Below are positions 28,020 through 40,770 of a DNA stretch of 64,000 bases, piece by piece (positions within the stretch are counted from its first letter, which is position 1; each line of letters begins with the position of its first letter). The DNA comes from Octopus vulgaris. Lineage: Eukaryota. Position numbers and translations under genes: made by a program. The notes under the pieces were generated by a model. The model was not told the origin of the DNA, made no database searches, and saw nothing but the letters and a program-made list of their open reading frames with translations. Where the stretch lies: contig OX597817.1 in NCBI GenBank assembly GCA_951406725.2, positions 120,528,001-120,592,000 of the forward strand, in the 5' to 3' direction.

Positions 28020-28365
28020 TCAGTCACATGGCTTTGGATACAGTCCTGTTGTGTGGCACCTTGGGCAAGTATCTTTGACTATAGCCATGGGCCAACCAAA
28101 GCCTTGTGAGTAGATTTGGTAGATAGAAACTGAATGAAGCCTGTCCTCTCTCTATATATATGTATGTATGTATATATATGTGTGTGTGTGCGTGTGTGTG
28201 TTTATACAATTGGCTTCTTTCAGCGTCCACATTTCCATCTACCAAATTCATTCATAATGTTTTGGTTGGTCAGGGGCTATAGTAGAAGGCCCAAGGTGGC
28301 ATGAAGTGGGACTGAACCTAAAATCATGTGGTTGCAATGTGAGCTTATTAATCACAAAGCTATGA
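28020..28365. mobile_element. Inverted pair of SINE A 5' halves around a microsatellite
   Basis: + copy 28020-28145, - copy 28208-28365. Confidence 0.8.
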
Positions 28366-28420
28366 TTTGATTGAAGTAAAAGCAATATATTTCACAAGAA
28401 AATGGTAGCAAAAGGGTTAA

Positions 28421-28636
28421 CCCTTTAGCTTTGAGATTATTCTTGTCAAATGCAATGATTATTTATTCACATTGTCTTGAATTATGCATTATCTTCTAGT
28501 TTTCAGATTTTGATGTGATTGTTACATCTTTTTAAATAACCTTGCGGGGTAGGTGTGAAAGGCTTGATCCAGCCAGTTTGAACATAAAGCAAGTAGAATA
28601 TTTTGGTCAGATATGATCAATTTAAATGCTAAAGAG
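28421..28636 (-). mobile_element. MITE family C sharing a TTAA with a MITE D end
   Basis: aaaggg-TTAA-ccctttagc at 28411-28429; right end aatgctaaagag-TTAA. Confidence 0.85.
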
Positions 28637-29486
28637 TTAAAGTAATTTTTGACTGCTATCACTAATCACTGGAAGGTGATAATCTTTTAGAGCATAGTAT
28701 ACCTGGTGCTGTGGATATGTGGGTTACCTCTTGTAGTTTAATTACCAACATGTCGTAGGTCAGCACAGTAGAGATTAAACAACGACAATAAGTGATAATG
28801 TTTCTTCTTTTGAGATGTTAAAGTAATTATACTCTGAGGAAATCACATTTTGAAAAGCCAAATCATTTTAAAAGTATTACTATGTCTCTCCTTTATTTCC
28901 ATCTATCTATCTTTATATATATAAATGCCATTAAATATTTCTGCCGTAATGAAATCCTAATTTTCAGCCTCTTAAGTCTGATCAACTAAATATCTTTTGA
29001 TTACAACATCCCCTCAACCAGTTCACATCATCTGTTGAACTTGTATGTATGTTAGCTCGGTAGCCAAACTACTAGGCTTTTAGCTTGTGCATGTACGTGT
29101 GTGTGTGTGTGTGTGTGCGTGTGTGTGTGTATGTGTTTGTATGTGTTTGTGCAATGTTAGTAGCATGAAGACTTTGAACATTTTCATTGTACTCTGTATT
29201 GATTCTCAAATTACTATTGAACAGAAAATTGTATTAGCTGAACATTTCCCTATATCGACTGATCCTATCAGCAAGGAAATAATTAAAAGTAACTGAGAGA
29301 TCTCAGTGAATGCAGCACACAATTAATTAGAAGCTAATCACATTTACCTACAAAAACAATTTACATAAAATGTGTTTTCAATAGAATCAGAAAATAGAAG
29401 TCTCTTATTTACAAAAGGAATATTTCACTATTGTAATATAATAACAAATCACATGGTTAGAAAAATAATGTATGTATGCAATTTTG

Positions 29487-29518
<32 letters not shown>

Positions 29519-30249
29519 ATGTGTGTGTGTATATATATATATATATACATGCACACACACGTGTGTGTGCGCTTTTGTACATTTATGTATATATATACAT
29601 ACACATACACACATTTATGTGTGTGTGTGTACCCGGATGTGTGTACATCTATTAAAAACTAACACATTTTCTCTGAAATAACAATTTTGGATGGTTGATG
29701 TAAAAAGAGATTTTGGTTCTTTAGTAATATGAAAGAGCATATGTAGTTGTTTCCCTCTTGCTTTTTTAATTTAAAAAAAACCAAAACTTCTAGACAATTC
29801 TTTAAAATTTATTAAAATGCCAATAAAATAGTTACCTAATCTGCTAGGCAATTTTCTATAACTCAACAAATTTTTAATATTTTTATAATGCACTAGAGAA
29901 GGAAGATCATTTTGAAAATATATATATTTTTTTCATTCAGCAGGAAAATATGTTTTACTTTTTTTATGTTGATGATGTTGAATGTATATAAAACAGCAAC
30001 AATAACAACAATATTTAATACTGCTACTGCTCTTTTACTCTTCTAAGAACGATTTCAGAACACTGTATAGTTGTACAAAGTATTGTGACTATATTATCTA
30101 AGGTTTAGAAAATGATAATCTGTCAATGAAAAAAGGAGGACTTTTTAATATATTTTCCTGCACGAGTGTATGTGTATGTATATGTATGTGTGTGTTACTT
30201 TCATTCCCCAACAGCTGTATTCAACTTCTGTTCTGTTGATACTTCTTAC

Positions 30250-30421
30250 CTTGAATTTTCTTTCTATTCAATTTCATCCTTTCATACGCTAGATGCTGTC
30301 TTTTGTAAAACTGGTGCATGCAAGTTTAAGGATTTTAAGCACATTGCACCATAGAAGGAGGCAGAAATGAGAAATAGGATATTATCACAGAAATTGAAGT
30401 TGTTTAGGTTTTAGAAATGAT
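30250..30421 (-). other. Candidate spliced exon, mostly non-coding (172 nt)
   Basis: Strong acceptor tgttttgttttttttttcag|A and donor AAG|gtaaga; stops in all three frames. Confidence 0.4.
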
Positions 30422-30834
30422 CTGAAAAAAAAAACAAAACATGGTTGTTCTGTGTTTTATAGTGTTTGTAGAAAATAGAGAATATTTCTGTTGTGTGGTT
30501 TCATTTTAAGGAATATCATGGATGTGATAACTGCATTACTTTGAGACTGTTTAATGATGTATTATTGTATGTTAGAACATTAATTATATTGTCTATGTTC
30601 TATGCAGTATAATTGATGTTCAATTTTTATATTGTTACTCAACAAACCATTGTATAAATGTATGTATATTGCAAAGATATGACTTGTTCATATCATGTAA
30701 ATTGTATGCACAAGTTTCATATAAATACATCCCTCAAGCTTGGAAGCATGTGTCTGTATTTCTTCACACACAGACCTAGATACACAGACAAAGACACAGA
30801 CACACACAGACACATACACATACACAGACATCCA

Positions 30835-31170
30835 TCATCCATTTTCTCTGCTCATAGTCCGCAATTACCTCCTTCATAGGGACTTATCAGAAGCATCTGT
30901 CATTAGACTACCTGACTGGATTCCCAAGCATAACCAATTGAAACTATGCATGTTATCCAATTATCTCGATCTTGGCCTACCCTTAAGTCTCCTGCCAGTT
31001 GGTTTGGCTTGAAGAATCCATCTTGTTATTCTTTTTCTACTCAACATTCTATTCAAATGTCAGTAATACTGCAGCTGTGACCTCTCAATGTAGAATAATA
31101 TGGCTTGACCTAGAGAGGCTCTGAGCTATGCACTGTGTCAAGTAGAGTTACTCCAGGGATCCACTGGGAG
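30835..31170 (-). mobile_element. Decayed RTE-clade LINE 3' end
   Basis: Minus-strand peptide IERSQLQYY*HLNRM...WILQAKPTGRRLKGRPRSR*LDNM resembles the RTE C-terminal LRWxGHVxRM...GxRPRGRPRxRWxD. Confidence 0.75.
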
Positions 31171-31260
31171 TACCCTATTATGTATGTGTGTGTGTATGCC
31201 TCATAATCAAATTCATCTCTTAATGTCACTAATTAAATAAAAAAAATATTTATGCTCATA

Positions 31261-31423
31261 GGTGCAGGCACAGCTGTGTGGCAAGAAGCTTGCTTCCCAC
31301 CCACATGTTTCTGGGTTCAGTCTCACTGTGTGACACCTCAGGTAAGTGCCTTCTACTATAGCTTCAGGCTGACCAAAGTCTTGAGAGTAGATTTGGTAGA
31401 TGGGAACTGAAAGAAGCCCATTG

Positions 31424-31424
<1 letters not shown>
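31261..31424 (+). mobile_element. SINE family A, 5' half
   Basis: Homology to 1055-1220. Confidence 0.85.
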
Positions 31425-31455
<31 letters not shown>

Positions 31456-31542
31456 AAATGTTTTTTTTTTGTTTGTGTAAAGTGAGCTAAGCTTTTGTGA
31501 TGAAATACATCTTGTCCCCTTTTAACATTGAAATGAAAATTA

Positions 31543-31735
31543 AGGCAGTGATCTGGTAGAATTGTTAGCAAGTCAGACAAAATGTTTAGCGACATTTCTT
31601 CCAACTCTCTTCATTCTGGGTTCAGATTTGCCTTTCATATTATCAGGGTTGATAAAATAAGTACCATTTGATCAATGTAATTAACTTAGCCCTCTTTTAA
31701 AAATTGCTAGCCTTGTGCTTAAACTTTGAAACAAT
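31543..31735 (+). mobile_element. SINE family B, diverged
   Basis: aaggcagtgatctggtagaa...gataaaataagtacc...tttgaaac. Confidence 0.8.
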
Positions 31736-34069
31736 GATATAAAAATTGCAATTGTGACTGAAATCAGATAGGTATTTTCTGGAGTGTATGTTTAGTTTGA
31801 TTACCCTTTGCAGTTTTAGTAGTACAACACATACATTAAACTGATACTCACATTTTAACTGATATCTTTTACTACACCATCTCACATTGTCATATCTTTT
31901 ATAGTGTCAATCTTGTACACATAACCACATTGGGAACGGGCTGGAATTTGTTTATATTTTCACAGCATTTCTTTATGAAGTGCTGAAATTCCTAACATGT
32001 CTTCCTTGAAGTTACTATCAATTTAACAGGCATTTACATCAATGTAAGAATTATCTGTAAGTTTGTGAAAAGGACCTTAAAATTTTCTGTGTCAAAATAA
32101 AGGTCTGCATTCTGTGCATGTATTCATCTTCTGTTATTTCCATATTGATTGGTAGAATAAAAGAAATGATTTGTAATAGTTATGATAACAGGTCTGACTT
32201 CAAATGATAAAGGAATAACACCAGTATCTAACATACACAATGTAAGATGTCAGGAAAATTTTATAGAACATTATGTATGAAATGTGAAATGATAAAGTGT
32301 AAGCAAGATAGGGTTTGGTGCTGACTAAACAGGTAAGGAAAGAGAGGATAGTGGAAAAGTTATCAAATACAAATAGCACAGCAAAGTCTGTCTTTATGTT
32401 AATGTAATCACTGCAGTTGCTATTGGGGAAGTTACCAGTGATGATCTTTCATTTTTACCTGGATTCTGAGTATTCTCTATAACCATTTTCCATGTATTTT
32501 TAGCAGCTTTCCTGTGTGTTATGTCATTGATATTGCCTGATCATTACAATAATGAACACTTCATGGTTTCTGTATCATACATGTAAGGAGCAAAGAGTGC
32601 GATATCATAAATCATAAGAACAGCTTTATTAGATTGATTTCCAAGAGAAAATAGCTGACTCCCCCGCTCCATTGCTTTTATGGTGCAAACGAACATGAAG
32701 GTACTTCATTAGCTCAACATTCTTATGAGTCTACCTCTCCATAACTGAATATAAGAGGAGTCATTCTTAGAAGAATCCAGTTCAATCTTGTGCAGAAAAT
32801 TATTTCTAAGCTTGAACTAGTTTGTAATCACCTGGAATTAGTGTTCTTCACTCTAAGGTCAACAGCCCTGATCTAAAAATTCCTATGATCAAGGACATTA
32901 CACATGGGACTATACCATATGATTTCAAGCACAGTTTATCTATAATTATGTTATTTGATGCATACTCCCATTTTTAAAAAATGGTAGGGTGTAATTTGAA
33001 AGAGATTTGACAGCAATTTCTGGCTATTCAAGTATGTAGAGGTTCCCTTGCACGCTTGCACATGTCATCACAGGTTTATGTTGTAGGTAGGTTTAATCCC
33101 TGCCTTGTCCTAGCTATCCTGTTTCTCTGATAACTCATCTTATATCAAACAGCATCAATATATAAATATATATATATATATATACATACATATACATGTG
33201 TGTGTGTGTGTGTGTGTATATGAACATTGAGTTACATGTTAGTATATATTGTAAAATAGTACTCAGTCTATGTGTGTGTGCATATGTATACATGCATCTG
33301 TGTATATGCATAAATACTTATATGCAAAGGTGTTTTTGTATATTAATTTTTTTATATTCAAACATGTTCATGTATGTATGTATGTGTATATAAATAACCA
33401 TATATGTATTTATGCATATATGTATTCCTATACACATATATATTGTCTATATGTCCAATGCAGGGAAGCAGTAAAACATGCATTAGTTGTGTATATATCT
33501 ATATATCTATCTATCTATCTTCCTATATATATATATATCTTCCTATATATATATATATATATATATATAAATATATATATATATAAATATATATATATAT
33601 GTATGTATATATGTATATATATATATATATATATATACTCGCAGAGGTAGATACATAGATTGATAGAAAGACTGATACATTGAGAGACACTCATATGTAT
33701 ATATATACATATGTACACAAATAAAAAGTAAATCACTGTGAATAATATTGAGAAAATGAGTCATCATTTCAATTAGAGTCTTGTTCCCTGCAGCTATTGA
33801 ATATTACTGATGTAACACAACATTAAGAGACAGGATGGAGAGTGGGATGACAGAAGGAAGATCACATTTATTTCAGTCTTGTTTCCTTCAACATTAAAGT
33901 AGAACAGCTCTAAGAATTGTCCATAGGCAATTCTATAGTATCACAAATGTGTGGATTTTAAACTCATTAACACAAACGTATCAATACTTGTAGCATACAT
34001 TGATAAGTAGACACAGATGCATATGCACGTTTCCATATGCATGTGTGGGTATATACACACCAAAATATA

Positions 34070-34123
<54 letters not shown>

Positions 34124-34337
34124 CATACATGTATATGAAACCATCCTCATCACTGTTATAAGTCCATGTTCCATGTTGGACTGTTTGATGAGGATCTGAT
34201 GAGTGCAAGAAATGCATCATGCTTGATTGTCTGCTTTCGCATGGTTTCTACTGCCTGATGCCCCTCCTAAGGCATAAACACATGTATACACATGCGTGTT
34301 TGTGTGTGTGTATGTGTGTATATATATATATATATAT

Positions 34338-34590
34338 GTGGAGCCATGTGTCTTAGTGGTTAGGGTGTCAGCATCATGATTGTAAGATTGTGGTTTCAAT
34401 TCCTGGAACGGGCGACATGTTTTTTATCTTGAGCAAAACACTTCATTTCAAGTTGCTCCAGTCCACTCAGCTGGCAAAAATGAGTAACGCTGTGATGGAC
34501 TGGCGTCCCATCCCGCTGGGGAACACATACACCACGGAAACCAGGAAACCAGGCTCATGAGCCTGGCTAGGCTTTAAAAAGGGCGCATTT
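34338..34590 (+). mobile_element. tRNA-derived SINE family F (CORE-like centre plus V-like segment)
   Basis: A-box-like tgtgtcttagtggtta, B-box-like ggtttcaattcc, CORE-like ttgagcaaaacacttc...ccactcagctg...aaaatgagta, then ctgtgatggactggcgtcccatcc; domain names from memory. Confidence 0.7.
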
Positions 34591-34791
34591 ATTTTTACTA
34601 TATATATATATATATATACTTAATAAAAAGGGTTCAGCAAAGATTTGCTTTACCACCTACCGAAATTCTGTATGTGTAAAGCCCTTTTTATCAAGTATTA
34701 CTTAAGCTTACCATGAAATGGTCCTTTTTCATGCGAATTCTACTTGGTGAAATTATTGATTACTTCTTAATTAATTAATTTTACCCTTTGT

Positions 34792-34837
<46 letters not shown>

Positions 34838-35076
34838 AGTGAATTGAAGAAATGGAGTTGAACGAAGATTGAACAGAAATCGTTTTATTTCATTCTTCAT
34901 TCAACTCCATTTCTTCAATTCACTAATAATATTAATATTCAATTATCCGCACCAACGCATTGCAACACCATATGGTTGTACCTCCAACCGTGCTGTCTTC
35001 TGCTGTGATTTTTGCTACCAAGGTATCGGTTAAACTTTTGATTAATCTGCAACAAGATTATTCATCTTTCTATTTC

Positions 35077-35119
<43 letters not shown>

Positions 35120-35632
35120 TCATACATACATGTTTTGAATATTGTTTCACTTAATGGTAAATACTAACATGTAATTTGTACATGTATTGCATATATATAA
35201 TTATATGTATGAATGTATGTGTGTATGTATGTATGTACTCTAGACTGATGATCCAGTCCATTGTTAATGCAAGTTTATTGCTTCTGTATGATCATCCAGA
35301 CAATGAAAAAGTGAAACTAGGCTAGGAAAATAAATTACACACGCACACTAAAAGGAACTAGTTTATAAGATCTAAGCTAGTGTTAATTAAAATAAAGAAA
35401 TCCTAGTGTGTTAAAACTTGTTAGGATACTTATTTAAATGAATGCTTACTGGTTGTAAACTATTTCATTTCTAATGGAAGTTTTCAGAATATGGTTCAAA
35501 AAATTATGTTGGATATGAAACAGTTTGCAGCCTACAAATATTCACTTAAATATTTGTGTGTGTGTATGTGTTTATGTATGTGTTTATATATGTATTTGCT
35601 TATGTGTGTGTGTATGTATATATATATATATA

Positions 35633-35772
35633 CCGAGGTCCACTTTGCCTTTCATCCTTTCGGGGTCGATAAATTAAGTACCAGTTACGCACTGGGGTCG
35701 ATGTAATCGACTTAATCCGTTTGTCTGTCCTTGTATATCCCCTCTGTGTTTAGCCCCTTGTGGTAGTAGAAA
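35633..35772 (+). mobile_element. SINE family B, 5'-truncated young copy in (TA)n
   Basis: CpG-intact body ccgaggtc...ttcggggtcgataaattaagtacc. Confidence 0.9.
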
Positions 35773-35848
35773 TATATATATATATATATATATATATTCA
35801 TAACACGTATAAATATATATATACATACATCATCATCATCATCGTTAC

Positions 35849-35885
<37 letters not shown>

Positions 35886-36034
35886 CATAAATAATGCACA
35901 CATACAAACACACATACATGTATATATGTTTCTTTTTATGCTGAGTTATAAAAACAATTTTAGATCAAACAAAAGAATTACTGAATAATTTTTGTCAAGT
36001 ATGTATATTCCTCCAGCATCTAGCAGCTCATCTG

Positions 36035-36210
36035 CGACAGACCAGTATTCCATTCAAGTGGCACATAAAAACACCCATTACACTCTTGGAGCGGTTGGCA
36101 TTAGGAAGGGCATTCAGTTGTAGAGACCATGCCAAATCAGACTGGAGTCAGGTGCAGCCCCTCAGCTTGCCAGCTCTAGTCAAATGATACAACTCATGCC
36201 AGCATTGATG
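36035..36210 (+). mobile_element. Retroposon family E
   Basis: ggttggcattaggaagggcattcagttgtagagaccatgcc; relatives at ~22755, 34150, 43860, 49965, 53745, 59340, 62790. Confidence 0.7.
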
Positions 36211-36246
36211 ATGAATGAAGAACTGTGACTGTATGTAGGTATGCAT

Positions 36247-36277
<31 letters not shown>

Positions 36278-36847
36278 CTTTACTCTCTTACTCTTTACTT
36301 GTTTCATATATGACACTGCTTAGTCCAATCGACCGGGACTTATTTTGTAAGCCCAGTATATACGGTCTTTGCCGAACCGCTAAGTAGGGACGTAAACACA
36401 CCAGCATCGGTTGTCACAATGCTAGGGCCATATATATATATATATCATATATATATATATATATACTATATATACAGCACAAAACGGACCGTTAGATCGT
36501 TCAATGTCACCTGATCGAGCTGGTGTAATGGGTGAGTTTTTTTCCTAGCATTTCTAGATTTATAGGAAATATTATATTGACAAGGAAATGAACTTTCGGT
36601 TCTAATCCAGAAGCGATTTCGTCTATTATTAATCCATATACGGGTTGCAAATTCTGTTTGTTTGTGGAGATTTTTTTACTAGTAGTAGAAATAGTGATCT
36701 ATTTGGCTGCTATTTCTAATATTTTCGGTATGTGGTTTTGAGCAACTTGTTGCAATTAACCCTTTATTATATTATTATAATTAATATATTATATATATAT
36801 ATATATATATATAGATAGATAGATATAAATATAAGATCAATGTAGGT

Positions 36848-37010
<163 letters not shown>

Positions 37011-37256
37011 ATAGATATAAATATAAGATCAAAGGATTGAGGTGGAGGAAGGAAGTTAGCTTCAAGCAGTCTGAGGTAAATATAAAAGACAACTTTCAAG
37101 GACAGTAGTGGCTTATTGAGATGGAAAGTTGTGGATTTTTTTTGTATCAAATTATGATAAACTGAAAAAAGTTCTTTTCATACTTCACAATAGGCGACCA
37201 GGGTTTCCGGGTATGTGATTAACAATATAAGAATTAAAGAATGGAGTAGATAAGAT

Positions 37257-37346
37257 CTGGGCTACATATGTTTCATAGTGAGCAGAACCTCGGAAGTAGT
37301 AAATATCCAAGCAAGGTTTATACTGCAGGCTACTCTTCAGGCCAAG
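37257..37346 (-). ncRNA. Type I hammerhead ribozyme motif (PLE-type)
   Basis: Minus strand: cttggc-CTGAAGA-gtag..gcag..aacctt...gaggtt-ctgc..ctat-GAAAC-ATAT-GTA-gcccag; full core, helix I 5 of 6 bp, extended helix II, palindromic helix III ACATATGT. Confidence 0.75.
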
Positions 37347-40300
37347 GATATCTTGATTAAATGAAAGCTTACATTGTTGCAAGGAGATACATGTTAACTC
37401 ATGGAAGATTCAATCAGAATATATATTTATATATAAAATTTCCATATCAAGCCATCTTCATAGTTGCATGGCTACTCAAAAATATATATATGAACATGGT
37501 TTGAGTAACTGTGGTGGATATAGAAATTTGAGAAGAATTGATGAAAGCGATATTGTTTCATTTGAAACAAACAAATCCACTGTGTATGACATGATAGCTG
37601 TCCAGCTATTTACCTCCTTATGGTTCCTTTTATCTTTCATATTTTAGATTAGGCACTTCTTTGCATTCTGTGCTGCTGGGACTCCTTTTGACCACAATAT
37701 ATCAACTTCATAAATCTATTTCCCATATTTCCTTTCTATCCATTAATTGTCATATTTACTGACTTGAACCTTTCGCTCCCTATTCTCTATTGTTCTTAAC
37801 TCTTGGTTGTCTGTTTTACTTCTTTCTACTTGGATCTTTGTTCTTCTTTGCTGCTTCTTTTCAGGTTCTGTTGCACCATGTCCTATGTTTCCCTGAGGGA
37901 AGGCCTTTCCCTCTCACATTTTGTTGCTTTTGAATTGCCATTGATGCTTCTGCAATTTTGTAGGTAGGGATGTTGGCCCTGTTTCACAAAATCTGTTATA
38001 TTTAATAAGTGATAATCCTATGCAGGTGATATCCTTTCTTTCAAGTATTTGTTAGCCTTCTGGACATAGGGCATATCGACATACAACCTAAATAATCCAC
38101 ATCAGCTTTACATTGCATGTATAAATGGAGACCTTTAAAACATCCTTCATTAGGAATGTGATACCTTTGTTTCATTCAATAGTGCAGTCATTATAAATCA
38201 CAATAATTTTAGTATTTCTTTCTGCTTGGTATTATAGGTACAAGGTCTGAAATTCTGGTGGAGGAATCTAGTCAATTACATCAACCCTAATGCTCATTTG
38301 GCACTGTTTTGGCACAGGAAACAGAGAGACAAACCACTGGTCTGTGAGCTAGTGGGTGAAGCATGTTACTTAGTAAACCATTAGCAACCAGTGAAAGGGT
38401 TCTGTTTTGTTGAGTCAATAAACCATATTTTTATAAAGGACAATGAATGTATTTAACTTCATCATTTCACTTATATTAGCAACTCAAGACAGAAGAAGAC
38501 AGTGTTGTTTTCAGTATGATTATACTCAGAATTATGAGTGATGCAAATAAAATCCCTAAAGCAGAAAATACAACATTATTTAATGCTAGTCTTGGTTGAT
38601 TTGAATATCTTCATGATCATCATGAACATCATCATAGTTATCATATCATTGTTGTCATCATCAGTCTCATTGTTGCCATTGTCATCACTGTCATCACCAC
38701 GTTTACTTCCTCTCAAAAAGAAATATATGCATACACACAAACACATTCACACAAATCAGTCATGCATTTGAGTGCATGTGTACATGGGTCAGGTCCTGTT
38801 CAGATGGACTGTCTTTGTATGCTCTAGGCTCAATAAAGTAAATACCAGAAGCTATATATGTTCCTATAATAAACTTTACCTATTCCTCCAAAAATTCTGT
38901 GGCATTTTGCTTAAGTTTGAAATCAATATAGAAATGGAAATTCAATAATTGTCTCTGGAAATTTTAGAGCAGATAAATATTAAGATTGACGATGATTCCA
39001 AAATATGGATTTATCTCTATAAGGATTTTAAATATGTAGAGAAAGATATGAAACTAGAATTTTGGCAGTGAAACGCCATTTACAGTTGAGGATTGGAACA
39101 TCTATCTAATTGGGACATTAACAGAAAAATATGTATAATATATATCTGAACAGTGAGAGATATAGAACACATAAATATGTATTGCATTATGTTTTTGATA
39201 AGTTACATGATTACTTGAAGAATTTAATGCCTAAGTAATCTAAGACATTGGTAACAAACTTCTCAGACAACCGTGTAGTACTGTATATGTTGAATGATGG
39301 CTATGTCAATAAATAGCATTGTATTTTCATAATTTTCCTTCAGAGTTTGGTGTATATAATTTTCTCAATGCTCCCTTTTGCTTGTATATACCTATGCTCA
39401 ACCCAATTTTTGTAATGTCGAAGTTCAATAACCAATTTATCAATGGAATTCACAAACAGAAGAGTAGGCCAATCTGGGGATAAGAGAAATTGATTTTTTT
39501 ATTATTATTATTTTTTACTATCGACGGAATAAATAAATAAATAAATACTTAAAATATGGAAAGACATAAAATAAGCCACACAAGAATAACTATTGATGTT
39601 CCTATGATTCTTTTCTTCACTTTCGTTTCAAAAGTGACAAGTGATCAGAATAAAGGAAACAGAATGAATTAAAACAAACACTCTTCAGATGATAAAGAAA
39701 AAAAAATGCTTAAAAAAAAATACAAATAAATAAAATAAAGAAGGAAAAGGGAAAAAAAATCATTTATTCAATTGAACAGTTTTCCATCAAAAGAATGTTA
39801 TTCTCTTAGTCAGCGTGACAAGCATGTAGTTGAAGAGTAACAAGCTTTAAGAGGGACTATAACTGCTCTTTTTGTTATAAACCATTGGAAGATATATTTA
39901 AATATTGGATCATGTGAAGCATATTATTTTATCTAATTCTATATACTTTTTATTTCGTTTCTTTGGAGTGTGGTGGTGCAGCATTTTATATAATCTTTTG
40001 TTATAGCAAAAATAAATGAAAGAAAATACACGATCGAGGTCAAATTTTTTAACCTTCTGTTCATACAGAGTGTTTCACAAGCTAACAACAGAGCATTAAA
40101 ATTAATTTGTTTCCATCCACTGTGCCATGGCACATGTATGTGTGCTGTAAATGGTTTGCAGGCATACTGCAAGTTTTGAGATTAGTCTCTTCACTACATA
40201 TACCCATTTCTGTTTTCAAACAATTTTAATATTTGTTTCTTTTTTTATTTCATCTGTAATAAAACTTTTGAAAAGCTGATGGTATGTTGTAACACTTGTA

Positions 40301-40434
40301 GTGCCTTTCTCAGTGTGCTGGGAACAGAGTATGGTTGAAAATAGCAGCCAAATCTCCCTCATAGTCTACCTTCCTATATACTACTACTACTACTACCACT
40401 ACCACACACACACACACACACACACAGAATGTCA

Positions 40435-40770
40435 TATGAATTCTTGAATGACAAAAGAACAGGTATTATATAATCACTTTCATTAGCTTAAAGCTGTTTC
40501 TGCTTCAAAAAGCATTATACTCAGAGCTGAATGCTTAGGCAACATTTTGTAACTTTCTTGGAGCCATTTAAATGAAATGTATGTTTATTGCAGCTATTGA
40601 AATGCTTTCTACAATAAACATACATTTAATTCCAAAGGCTCTGAGGTAACTATAAGAAGTTGCTTGAGCACAATACAATTCTGAGTGTAATGCTTCTTGT
40701 AGCAGAAACAGTTGTTAGTTAATGAAAGCAATTACGTAACTCCAGCTCTTTTTTCATTCATTAAGTCATA
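40435..40770. repeat. Old imperfect palindrome (~160-bp arms)
   Basis: ctttcattagcttaaagctgtttctgcttcaaaaagcattatactcaga mirrored by tctgagtgtaatgcttcttgtagcagaaacagttgttagttaatgaaag; inner aaatgtatgtttattg / caataaacatacattt. Confidence 0.88.

Noticed and set aside
34196-34220. CTGATGA-gtgcaa-GAAA-tgcatc
   Set aside because: No helix II, only a 2-bp helix I, and it lies inside a family E repeat
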